A stretch of DNA of 64,000 bases, taken from contig MCFE01000304.1 in the NCBI GenBank assembly GCA_002104905.1, forward strand, positions 1-64,000, given 5' to 3'. A program made the translations under genes and the position numbers. The notes under the pieces are model-generated. The model ran no database searches. It saw only the letters and a list, made by a program, of their open reading frames with translations, and was not told the origin of the DNA. This stretch comes from Basidiobolus meristosporus CBS 931.73 (lineage: Eukaryota > Fungi > Basidiobolomycota). This document shows, piece by piece, positions 23,335-35,600 of the stretch. The first letter of the stretch is position 1. Each line of letters opens with the position of its first letter.

Positions 23335-24792
23335 ATGGTAGGTTGTCGCCTTGTGACTTGGAGTGTTCTTGCCTCTAAACATATTGTTTGGCCGATCTGG
23401 ATCAAAGCATGGACGTCGTAAAGTTCCCACTACCGCCGAAATAGACCAACTTCGAAAGGAGAAGGAGGCACACAAAATCAAGGATTACTGCGCCCTCAAC
23501 GAGCTTATTCTGCAAAAGGTAAGTTGATGTGTTCAAGTCTTTTCTGGCCCGCGCTTGGTGCGGCGTGCTTTTGTCCTCCCGTGAAAACTGATCCAAACCA
23601 CCAACTCTTGGTAGAAAAAAGATGGAGTCCTGGACAAGGAATCCTTCCAGCTAACCACCAAAATGGCCAGGACCAACCCGGATATGTACACCGCCTGGAA
23701 TCTTCGCCGGGACATCTTGAAGCGGGATTTTGCCCAACTGTAAGTCAATTGAGGGGAGCCCGCACGACACGCTTCTAACCCTCTTTTTGGCAGCTCCAAG
23801 GAGGAAATCCAGGAAATCTGCGTGAATGAATTGAGCTTGTTGGAGGAGGTGATTAGAACCACCCCCAAGTCGTACTGGGTCTGGAATCACCGCAGATGGG
23901 TGTTGCACACTATGCCGGAGCCTAACTGGAAGCGCGAACTCCATCTAGTTGGGAAAATGCTTGATCTGGACTCGCGAAACTGTAAGTATAGTCATTCCAT
24001 ATATAGAGCCGGTTTAACCTGTTTGATTAGTTCATGGATGGAGCTATCGCCGGAGTGTGGTTGCGGAGCTTCGCAAAATATCCCCCAATGAGGAGATCGA
24101 CGCAACGGAGTTTGCTTACACCACGAGCAAGATCAACCAGAGCTTCTCGAACGGCTCAGCCTGGCATTATCGTAGCAAACTCCTACCTAGCGTTCTTTTG
24201 CAAACGCCCGCCAATCAACGAAGCGCTCTACTTGAGAATGGTAATGTAATGCGTGTTTGCCCCCCCCAATGCCAATGTTACTTACCTGCACGCTCCATTA
24301 GAATACGAGCTGGTTAAGGCAGCATTCTATACCGATCCTGAGGATCAGAGCGCCTGGATCTATCACAGATGGCTAATTGGAAAAAGTAAGTTGAAGTTGA
24401 TTCTCCATAGTGTAGTTCGCTAACCCAGGCTGGAACCCAGGCACCACGAGTGAGAACAGTCAGCATACACACGGGGAGAAGATCAGTACCTCAAACGTGA
24501 TCGAAAGCATCGGCCTTGATCGTGTCAAGATTCTCGAGCGAGAGATCGAGGCAGTTCGAGAGCTAGTGGAGATTGAGCCCGAGTGCAAATGTGAGTGGTT
24601 TCCTGGCCTAGATATCGCTGCTTCGACTAACCTCCGGCAGGGCCTTTGCAAACGCTGAGCTATTTACAGAACGAGCTTCGAATCACCACCGCGTCCGACA
24701 TGGCTGAGGAGATCCGTGAGCATCTCACGACGCTTCAGGTAATCGACCAGCTGCGTAAAGGACGCTATCAAGATCTTCAAGATGCCCTCTAG
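23335..24792 (+). CDS. BET4: Rab geranylgeranyltransferase (GGTase II) alpha subunit
   Basis: M|HGRRK start (ATG-only first exon); PPTA repeats [62 protein letters not shown]. Confidence 0.92.
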
Positions 24793-25172
24793 ATACTCTC
24801 ATCATGAATCCTGTATATGGCTTAGCAGCAATGATGGCTGTAGATAAATCTCACGTACACGTTACAACATTTAAGATGAGATTCAGTTGTTTCAACATTC
24901 AGTGCCACTTGTGTGAACATGTTGCCATTGTATTGATTATCTTGATCCTCGCCAGAATAGGCAATGGGTGCCTGTGTCACGGTGATTGGTTTGAAAGGTC
25001 TAGGTGCTCACAGTCGACAATGGCTAAGCCAAAATGGGGGAAATTTGATCTTTAAGCAAGATTATCGTTCGTAATTTAATCAAATTCATCTTACCCCACA
25101 CATCCTTATAAAGCGTAAGGTCACAACCAACATCCAGCCATCTAATCCACCTCTACTCCCGACCCCCTAAAC

Positions 25173-25963
25173 ATGACCGACAGCTCGATCAATGTCCCGG
25201 TGAAGACCTCGGCTATCAACGATGTCTTCAATGCATACGGAAGCTACCTTAACCGCTTCCCTCTGCGCACCAAGGCCATCACTTCGGGTGTCCTCCATGG
25301 ACTACAGGAGATACTCTCCATGAAGATAGCCGAGTCGATTGCCAAGAAGGAGAACCCTCAGGCATTCGTCGGAGCTGCTGGTGAGAAGAACAAGCCTCTG
25401 GTCGCCAACTATTCGAAGATCTGGAAGATGGTTCTGTATGGTAAGTGACTGGTTGATGGAGGGATTTCTCCGTAGCTGGCGAAACTCATTGCTCGACTAG
25501 GTTTGATCCTCAACGGCCCAATCAACCACTATGGCTACGCAATCCTGGCCAAGTTTTTCGCGGGCAAGAAGGGTCGTCTCAATCTCGCCCTCCAGCTGGT
25601 CGTCGCCAACATCACCATCACCCCAATCATTAACGCAGGTATCTCTTGAGTTGTTGTTTACCATGTGATCGTACGCAAACGCTAATCTGTTGGAAAGTGT
25701 TCTTGGCATCCATGGCCGTGATTGCTGGCATCACCGATCCTCAACAAATCCTCAACAACGTCAAACGCGGATTCTGGGGCGTCATCAAGAAGAGCTGGAT
25801 CATCTCCCCCACCATCCAGCTTATCGCTAACAAGACCCTCCCCTTGAACATGTGGGTTCCATTCTTCAATGTGGTGTTCTTTGTTTTCGGGACCTATGTC
25901 AATTCCACCACCAAGCTTCGCCTGATTCGCGAGAACAGCAAGAAATCCCAAGAATCCGAATAA
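25173..25963 (+). CDS. Mpv17/PMP22 (PXMP2-like) membrane protein, 3 exons
   Basis: YLNRFPLRTKAITSG, GPINHYGY and SWIISPTIQLIA...PLNMWVPFFNVVFFVFGTYVN family motifs. Confidence 0.85.
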
Positions 25964-28623
25964 ACACTGACCGATGGCCTCGTGTAAAGTGATGTGAGGC
26001 CAATGGATGATGGTTGGATCCAAGTGTTTGTTGGCACTGCGCTACATTTTGTATGTTCCCACGTTTTGTATCGTCCACATCAAAGTTTTGAATGCACTTG
26101 ATAAAGAGATCACCCTTGAATACCAAGCATCCATTTTGATTCGGAACCTGCCGTGCGGGCGACTTTTACGGTAGTCCTCGTGGCCCCCAATAGAATAACG
26201 ACGCTTTCGTTCGGTTCGGGGACAGCACTGGTGCCTTAGGCATATCATCATTTGATCATACTTCTTATTTGGTTAGTTGTCAAGTGCTGCTATAATCCTC
26301 CCTTATCGGGAAATCATCCCATCTTTGGCTCCGAAGGAGATGCGCGTCGATAGGCAAGGCGTGGAATGGCGGTGTCGACACTTGGTATTCTCGGTGGAAG
26401 GGGTCAGCAGAGTAGCAGGTGCAACTACGATGAGCTCTCTTGGGTTCACGGGGAGGATCATCTCCCATGCTCACAAATCATCGAAATCCCATAATAAACG
26501 GCCAGCTAAAATACTGCGAACCTTCAGCAATCTAGGTTCATGATTCAGAAGATATTAGACTTCCTGCCCCAGCCAATCACGATGCAAGAGATGACCCAGG
26601 CTTCTGGGAATTTCTGTCCCACCTTGAGCTCCACCCCAATCAATCTGGATTAGGTTCGCCTGCTGTGACCTTGAAAATACCGCCCTTTGGTCTCGATTGT
26701 ATCACCTTGATGATTCCTGATCGCAATGGTGAATTGGCTGGTTATTTTCTCTGACATACATCTCCGCCACAAGCTAGATAGAGCATGACATCTGTGCCCT
26801 CATACGTGTATTCTGGAAATCGGCCTTGGGAACTCAGGGTGCGGTGCGTGTATCGACTGGTGGTCCATCAACAAGAGGCCCTTGCGTCATTGTCCGAACA
26901 TCGCCTCCATCGAGGTTCGGGGAGACCTTTCTGGGAAAACCCTCTGCAGTAGATTCTTCCACCTTGTACAACCAGAAAGTCAATCACTGGGCGCCTACTG
27001 CACTAGAAGACGCCTGCTTGAAGGAGATGATGGACCTATCTGGTCTATCTCTTGATGGGTTGCATGTGAGGTACCTGCACCAGTTAGAATACTTGATTTC
27101 GGTCATTTTTATGGTATCGGATGGAATGTACGACTGATTCGAATCCAGTAGACAAGCGGCCCATATCATATTGGATCCGCAAGGTGCTTCAATGGTACTT
27201 TATTGCAGAGTGGAAGCTGGTGGACTTACCGGCCATGCGAACAGCAAGACGGAATGACTTCCTGCGCCAGCTGGTCTGAGTGCTGGCCCGTTTAAGCACA
27301 ATGGAAAAACGTTATATCCCTCAGGTGGTAGACACGTGCTAATCTCAAACGATAGCACTATCGTGGTGTTAGATGGTCTAGTGGTTGATCGGTGTTGACA
27401 CTTGGAACGGGTGCTCAACAAAGCCGACCATAGGTGTTCTAACTGCACAGCGCACGACTACACACTGTCGATTCAGGAGGGCTCTTTCTAGTTACACAAA
27501 TAACTTCCTCTCTATCACGAAGATGAATTCCCGCCAATTAAATAGTCTACTAGTATAAAGTTTCAATTAGTTAGATTACCTTCAATATAATCACCCACAT
27601 ACAAAATGGAGCGGTGGTAGGCGGATTCAGCATATCCCCACGATAACCAGTGTTCTGACGTCTGCTTCGTCCCGTAGGTGCCTTTCAAAGCTTCGAGGGA
27701 TCTTTTCAAGTCCGGTTGAGCATCCACCGCCCACGGAAACCTGGTAGCTAGCGTTCCGATGGCGATGAGCGACCGCAAAAGCGCTAGGCCCGGCCAGGGA
27801 AAGAATTTTAATCCTGACGGAGCAATGCGAGCATGGAATACTGAAAGCGTTGGATATATATATATAAATAAATAAATCTATCTATAAAATCCATCTCAGC
27901 CTACTAGTTGTGGCAATTGACAATTAAATGGATGATTGGCAAGAAAGCATTCATTGGGAAGACACATTTCCGATGTATATATATAAGAGGTGAGGCGAAT
28001 CCAAATTAGTCCTGAAATCTTTCCTCATTTTTCTGACTTCCACCATCCCTTCTGAAACCCTTCTCTGTACGTCGACTTCCCCTAGTTGCTCGTTTGGATA
28101 CATAGCTATCTCCCACTCCATTTCTCTGATACTCAATTCTGCTTTAATCCACGCTGGTCTCCACCTCACGGCTTGTCCCCACCGTACACATATCTGTCTA
28201 CACCCTGGTTACGACCTTCAAAGACTCCCTTGGAAAACTGAAGACGAACCACCAGAGAGATCTCGCATCTGCGCCTATTCCACTAATTGTCTCCTTGCTG
28301 CTGATTGTCCCTGAGGTAGGCTCCCTATTTGGACACCTTTATTATTGCTCTGCCGAAGTGTTTTCCTCTGGGTTGCTAGAATACCCGTTGCTTGTTTGTA
28401 TTCCCTAGCTGATTCCCCTTCCCTCCCTTGTCAACCGCAGATATTGGCCGAACTCTTCTGACATAGCCCAGGCTTCTCCGAACCTCCAACCACCCCACTC
28501 TGCCGAAAGCGAACTATCGGTTCCAAGGCAAAGTCTATCCGACCGTTCGTAGTATCTTGCCCAAGCAATATTTCAAGCAAACACTTGAACCAAGCACCAC
28601 CACCCCTCTCGTCGCATACCAGT

Positions 28624-29650
28624 ATGATCGATATCCAAGGTCAATCCGGAAATATGGAAGACCCACTCAGCACCAGCACAACCATGGTCATGCGTAAGCG
28701 CTCCAGCAATGGCCGGTTTAAATCCGCCAAAAAGCGGGCCACCGCCCCGTCGAGGCATTCGGCCCGTTTCACCCCCAAAAAATCCCCTTCCAATTCGCAG
28801 GATCCCCCTGAAGCAGAGGAGAAGTCCACCTCAGATCCCGGGAACAGCCAAGGCAAGCGTTCCGAAAGACACTCCAGCCCAAGATCGGAGAAGTCCCAGG
28901 ATTCGGACGCCTCCGAGGTCTCCTTCCCTGGGAATCGTCGGCAGACGCGAATGTCTCGTAGACTGGAGAGCGATGCATCCCTGGCCGCGGAGGATCATTC
29001 CACCCATGAAAAAGCCTCCGCTGGATCGTCAGGCTCGAACAAGCCAGCAGAGCATCCTCGGAAAAGAAGAAGAACGGAGCCGCAAAATTCCTCTCCGACC
29101 TCAACCAAATCCACCGAGAATGAGTCCAAAGTCCCCACCAAAGAGAAGGGACGCGTCACCGGAAGTGCTAGGAAATCCTCCTCGGGGAAACAAGAGGACA
29201 AGAGGAGCACTAAGAAAGCCTCCTCCCCGTCGAAAAAATCCAAATCCAAGGCGGCCAAGAACCCTGGCCCGTCAAAGAAAGCCCAAGCGGCACCAAATCA
29301 AGGTAAGCATCGTGCCCCCTTCACATGATTTCATCCGAGCGCAGGAGATTGACCCGAATCCCATTGAAGTGAGCTACACATATCTGCCCAAAAAGGAGCA
29401 TCACAATGTCATACTACAGTTGGAACACCTCCGAAACGAATACAAGAAACTCTCCGGCCAGGTGGAATCCTGGCACGCGGAGATCAAGCGACTCACCGAG
29501 CCAGATGAGAAGGATGCTCGGCAGGAGACCGGAGAAGGGGAAGAGGAAGAGGAAGGAGAGGGAGAGGATGAGGCAGAGATCATCCCGTTGATTGTACAGC
29601 GACCTCAGCGTAACCGGAGGAAGCCGGCGCGGATCCTCTACGACCTCTGA
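28624..29650 (+). CDS. Hypothetical nuclear protein of about 319 aa (disordered K/S/R-rich region, coiled coil, acidic tract); exons 28624-29302, 29370-29650
   Basis: A 67-nt GTAAGC...AAG intron joins ORF 28585 to the C-terminal part of ORF 28709 in frame (960 nt). NLS-like PRKRRR, heptad VILQLEHLRNEYKKLSGQVESWHAEIKRL, poly-Glu. Confidence 0.55.
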
Positions 29651-29934
29651 TATCAGAGCCGTACGAAGCACTGCCCTCCGCCACGGGGGTATTAAAATTG
29701 TACATATGTAACTGGTACTTTCCCATCGATTTTGTTTTCACCCAACCGTGACAGAGTACGTTGACCTGGAGCCATCTACAGCCACCCGTCTTTTCGCCAA
29801 CATCTCCCCTCACTCCTCCCCCTCTACCCCTTCGTCCCCACCCGTTTCCATCACGACTCTTCGCTTTGTATATCCAGATGAGAATGAAAATGAAAATAAA
29901 TGAGTGTTTGCATATCCTAAGTCCGCAACCCACA

Positions 29935-29960
29935 CCCGCACCCGCACCCGCACCCGCACC
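29935..29960 (+). repeat. (CCCGCA)4 microsatellite
   Basis: Direct inspection. Confidence 0.9.
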
Positions 29961-30541
29961 AACATCAACACCAAATCCAAAACCGCACCCACCACGCGGA
30001 GCCGTGAATGGTGTGAGAGGTAAGGTCCGACGAAGATAAGCCAATCTAGATCTGGACTATTTTAGTACTAGTCCAATCATGGCGTCAACCACTTCCCCCA
30101 AATCAAGTTGAGGATTCCAGGTATTTACGAGTCCGATTTCGACCCCCCCATTCCTTGGGACGTGATTGGCCCCTTCCGTTGACATTTCATTTGCCGTCCA
30201 CCTCGGGTTGATGTGAGGTACGATCTGAGGGGCGCCCCCTAGGTTCCTCACCGAGTGTGGGAGTGGTCGAGGGTGATGGTTGACCGGTGGTGGTCGGTGT
30301 ATAGGGCATGGATGGGTTACATGGGGCGATGGTTATCGGCTCTAGGGATCGGTATTTGGTGGGAGCATGACACGATGGCAAATAATCCCCTGAGGAATCC
30401 GTCAGGAGGGTGCAGCAAACGTAGTCTCTAGTAGAGGCTCCTTGATCACCGCGCGAGCGGGTGGTGTTTCGGACGGGAGAAGAGCTGCCTCCCTTCTTCC
30501 ACCTTTCCCTCCACTACCTAGGGATCATCCTCACCACGGCT

Positions 30542-30562
30542 ACGACCACGACCACGACCACG
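30542..30562 (+). repeat. (ACCACG)3 hexamer repeat
   Basis: Direct inspection; could encode (RG)n on the minus strand. Confidence 0.8.
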
Positions 30563-32288
30563 GTCATCACCCTGAATGGCGAGGGAGGGGATCCGCCAAT
30601 GTTAGGGGGATTTGCTCGGATTCGGAAGAACTTTGATAACCATGATTCTAAGTAAGGGTGTCCATTTTTGGATTCCCTCGACGTCAGAACCCCTAAGGAC
30701 CTGGCGAATCAACTTCCTCGAGGGATCGCCCATTGAAGCTTTTGGGGGGTTGACCATTTCTGGTGGATTTGGATCCACCCTGTTGGCCAGCTCCCGGCGG
30801 TGGGTGCCATCGATTTCTAGTCCCCCCCCACCTCTAATATAGTGACGTTCCAATGGCGATCCCCATTCGTCCCTTCCTCTGTATGCGTCTTACCCACCTT
30901 GGTCCCTTGGAAACGATTCCTCACCTAGCTGATCGTTCCGCCCACCCCCTTTCACCCAGCCCAACTCCACTGGGTAGCCCTGGCTTGACAGAACGTCCCT
31001 CGCTCACCCCGGGTGCTAAAGCGTCACTTCGCCCGGGTCGGGACCTGCAAATGATTGTCCCAAAATCCTCTCGGAAATTCCGGTCATCCCCATCGCCCAG
31101 AAACTGGGCACAGGGCTTCGGACGATGTCCAGTGAACCTCCATGGGGAGCTTGCGAAGGAGGTCACTCCTATTGTTGATCCGGTGGGCTTGCATTCCATC
31201 CAAGGAGCGCATCCAGCTCCCAGCTTCCTGTCCCAGGGGACCTCGGGACCTTTTGGTTGACGAGCGGGGGTTCAATCATCATGTAGCATAGCTGGGACAA
31301 CTGGAAGTGTTCCTCCCCTACCCGGGAGATTTCTTGGGCCATCTGATCGAACCCACTTATCTATGTTGAAGATCGGGATTCTCTCCGGACTATTCAACTC
31401 CCTCCCCCTGACGCTTGGTGCGGATGGGCTGGCCAGGGGTGCTTACTTTCCCAAAGGTAAGTTGGTGGACTCCTTCGCATGCCACCCTCTTCATCTTGCC
31501 AGGCCGCTCATCCACCCCGGTGATGTGCCGATGGATACACCGCAGAATCCCCAGCTTATGGTATCTGGAGCAATTTCAGTAGTCCATACGGTTGTCTCGC
31601 CCCCCAGGTCAAGGGCCGTGACCGACTGGAGTGGCGTGGCCGAGGTAACGAGGTGTTGATCTGACCAAACATGGCTTTGGCATCCCCCAGACGAAATCCC
31701 TGATGATCGCCATGGGAAAACCGTGGATCTCACGCCATTCAGGGAGTCATGGTCGGGAATTAGGCTGGAGGGGGATCCAACAAGAGCATTCACTCACCCT
31801 CCTCCACCTTCATCCGGCTGGTGGCCCATCACCCTGCCGCCTAATTCCACATACATCATGTGCTATGCCATACCCCGGAATGGGTCACAGATGCATTGAC
31901 TGCAGCTACAAGGCTATATCTTGAACAAGGATAGAGCATTTGGTATTGGACCAGGGGAAATGCAGTCACTCTGATGCACTTGGTCTGCAATGAATACCAG
32001 AAACTCCGGGGTCTTGTAATCAGTGGTGGCTCTAAGATGTCTGATCCATGGCATCTCAAAGTAAGACTCCTCTATTGGGTGGTACCTCCACAGGACATGT
32101 GAATTTTGTCAGGATCTTGTGATATATAAGCTGGCCACTTCTGGTTCACTTGTGTTAAGAACATCATCTTATGGCAGATGAAGTCAGGAACCTCTTGCTC
32201 ACTGGCAATGAAAACAGCATTAACAACTGGCCTTTGCTAATGTGGTCAATACTTGGTAGCGGTGAGTTTTGTAGTTACATGTAAGTAC

Positions 32289-32637
32289 TGTTGTAAAAAT
32301 TCGTAATCCCACCTAAATGTTCACCCAACTTAGTCACTTAGATCATTACCTTCAAATCTTAGAGAATACTGACCAAGTTCCTTGCTGGAATTTACCTGGA
32401 ATTTTTTCACCAAATCATCAGGTACCCAAAACACAAAGTTTTGATATGTTGGCCAAACAGCCCTAAACTTTGCACACATGCTCTTGGGACCTTTCTAAAC
32501 ATACTGTACATGTTTGTTTTGCCATGGCTATGTAAAAGTATAAATACTACTTTTACATTTGACAAATCATTAAGTGAAAACCACTAAATCTACTCGTTTT
32601 CCCAATCAGTTCCAATATCTCCAAGACTCTTACAGCA
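32289..32637 (+). repeat. 5' LTR of C1
   Basis: TG...CA termini, 349 bp, homologous to the other LTR-A copies. Confidence 0.9.
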
Positions 32638-32649
32638 GGTTATGAGCCC
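32638..32649 (+). promoter_or_regulatory. Primer-binding site GGTTATGAGCCC (complement of the tRNA-iMet anticodon arm)
   Basis: Immediately follows the LTR; the same motif recurs at 47632-47644 and 58480-58492 (minus); matches the Ty5/Drosophila copia half-tRNA PBS type. Confidence 0.85.
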
Positions 32650-35600
32650 CAAGCTGTCACTTGCTTCAATAACCACTGCTGCTATTACTGGAATTTTTCC
32701 CTCTGCTGAAAAGTTGGATGGATCTAACTACCAAGTGTAGAAGGTGAAGATGAAGATGCTGCTGCAAGAAAGAGGCCTTTTGGATGTTGTCATGGGGGAA
32801 GAATGCCCTCCTAAAAACATGGGAGAGGAAGCCTCAAAGTACCAGAGGAAAGAACAAAGTGCCTTTAACTGCATTTGCCTCAATGTTAAAGACAAATTAC
32901 TAATTCAATGCTCAAGCGCAAAAATGGCAAAGAATGCCTGGAAGGCATTAGAAGACACCTGCCAGTCATGTTCAGCTGCTAAGAAAATGTATCTGAGATA
33001 AGAATTCCTTACTACAAAGATGCAGCTAGGAGAAGAAATGAAGAATCTAAATAACAGAATTACCATGCTGGTGGATGAGATGGAATCTATGGGTGTACCA
33101 ACTACTGATGAGGATGTGATAGTTACCATCCTGAATAGCCTGACAGACAAGTTACAGGGCCTTGTATCAGCCCTAGAGTCCAGAACTGAAGATTTGACCT
33201 TAAATTACGTATATGGAAGGCTCCTGGATGAAGAATTAAGAAAATCAAGCGCCAATAAGAAGGAAGAAGAAAATGCTTTAATAAGCAATGATAACCAACA
33301 AAGGAGGTACCCAAGACCCTACAAAGGCAACAGCAACCTATTTTGCAACTACTGCAAAAGGAAAGGACACACATCAGACCGGTGTTTGAAAAAGAGAGAT
33401 TATCAGCAAAAGAAGCCTGAATATGGAAATGCTGCAACAACTAAAGATAGACTATTCATATCTGCACTAAATATGACCACAAACAAGGATTCTCAGACAT
33501 GGTATATTGACTCTGGAGCTTCTCAACACTTTACACACCAAAAAGAACTTTTTACCCAATATCAAGAAATTCCAATTAAAAAGGTTTTCATGGGTGACAA
33601 TAGAACACTTGATGCAGTGGGAGAAGGAACTATCCAAGTAAACCTTAGAAGCAGTGAAGGAAGCCATACACTGACCTTTAAAGAAGTACTCTATGTACCA
33701 GAAATAGCCAAGAACCTACTCTCTGTAAGCAAGGCCACAGCAGAAGGACTCAGTTTCAGTTTTGACAATTCTGGATGCAGGATCACTGATCAAAATGGTG
33801 CTCATATTGCTTTGGGCATCAGAGATCAGAATCTATACAAGTTGACTTATATTCCATCATATCTGGAAGCCAATATAAGTAACTTAAATGAAGAAACACC
33901 AATGCTTTGGCACAGGAGATTTGGACACATCAATTTTGATTATTTGCATAAAATGATCAAAGATCAGCTAATTTCTGGAGTGAAAATTGATCCCCCAGCT
34001 AATTTGGAGCACTGTGAAGCCTGCATATATGGGAAACAAGCCAGACAACTGTTCAAGAGCTCTGGGTTAATCAAAACTAAGAAAAAATTAGATCTAATTC
34101 ACTCAGATCTGTGTGGACCTATGCAAAATTTATCCTTAGGCGGGATGAAGTATTTAATCACTTTTATTGATGATTATACAAGATACACATGGGTCTACTT
34201 CATGGAGAGAAAAGAAGAAGCTCTGTCTAAGCTCAGGGAGTTTAAAGCCATGGTGGAGAGAGAAACTGGTGAAAAAATCAAGAAAATATGCTCTGACAAT
34301 GGTGGAGAATATACCTCAAAACTCTTCATCCACTTCTGCAAAATTCATGGGATAAAGCAAGAGACTACTGTACCATACTCCCCACAGCAAAATGGAGTAG
34401 CAGAACAAGCTAACAGATCAATAATTGATATGGCAAGATCTATGATCCATGATCAAAAATTATCCTATGATTTTTGGGCGGAATCAGTTGCCACTGCTGT
34501 ATATCTTAAAAATAGGAGTTATAACAGAATACTTTGTGATTCTACTCCATTTGAAGCATGGTATGGATACAGACCAAGTGCAGAACATCTAAGAATATTT
34601 GGGTGTACAGCATATGCCAAAAAACTGGCCGGAAATCAGTCAAAATTTGAGCCAAAAAGGGTAAAATGCATATTTTTGGGCTACTGCAATGAGAGTAAGG
34701 CATACAGACTCTACAATACCAAAGCAAAGAAGCTTATCAAGTTCAGGGATGTGTTGTTTGATGAAAATTCAAAATTTTCACAAAAAATGACATCAGATGA
34801 TGACGAAAATTTGATCTCAAGTCCACCAATTGTCAGGATTGAATCAGAGCAAAACAATGAAAATTTTTTCACTCCAGAGGACTCTACAACCGTGGTTCAG
34901 CCAGAATCAGTGCCCAGGAATATCCCAGAAGTGATCATTCCAGTATCAAATGCCCGGAGATCAAATCGGACAAGAAATAGCCTAAATTACTATATTAATG
35001 AGGGTACAAACTTAGCCTATGCCTATTCAGTCCATATTGATGAACCCCAAACTGTAAAAGAGGCCCTAAATAGCCCTCAGACAAAGTTTTGGAGATCTGC
35101 AATGACTGAGGAATATCAGGCCCTGATGGAAAATCAAACTTGGGACTTAGTCAAATTACCAATCAACCAAAAATCAATTGGATGCAGATGGGTCTTCAAG
35201 ACAAAGTACAAGGCTGATGGTACAATTGAAAGATACAAAGCAAGACTTGTAGCCAAAGGATACTCTCAAACAAAAGGACTTGACTATACTGAGACCTTTG
35301 CACCGGTAGCCAAGTTTAATTCCATCAGATTAATATTGGCTATTGCAGCCAAATATAAGTTTTTTATTCATCAAATGGATGTAAAAACTGCATTTTTGAA
35401 TGGAGAACTTGATGAGGACGTGTATATGGACCAGCCTGATGGGTTTGTTGACCAAGATAACCCCCATTTGGTCTGCAAGCTTAAAAAGTCACTATATGGT
35501 CTCAAACAATCACCGAGAGCCTGGAATTGCAAGATAGATTCTTATTTGGAATCTTTGAGTTTCAAAAGGAGTAATGCTGACTATAGTATATACTATAAGC

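Noticed and set aside
27850-27890. AT-rich (TA)n/(TAAA)n tract as a regulatory element
   Set aside because: Simple low-complexity sequence with no supporting context.
28709-29650. 313-aa Pro/Arg-rich ORF as the real protein
   Set aside because: Its N-terminal 200 aa look like an off-frame translation; a 67-nt intron links the S/K/E-rich frame to the C-terminal exon more plausibly.
30040-32060. Gypsy gag, WD40 or zinc-knuckle gene
   Set aside because: No complete CCHC, WD or RT motif in any frame; kept only as an unexplained region.
32638-32649. tRNA gene
   Set aside because: Only a 12-nt complement of the tRNA-iMet anticodon arm (a PBS); no cloverleaf. No tRNA or rRNA genes were seen in the window.
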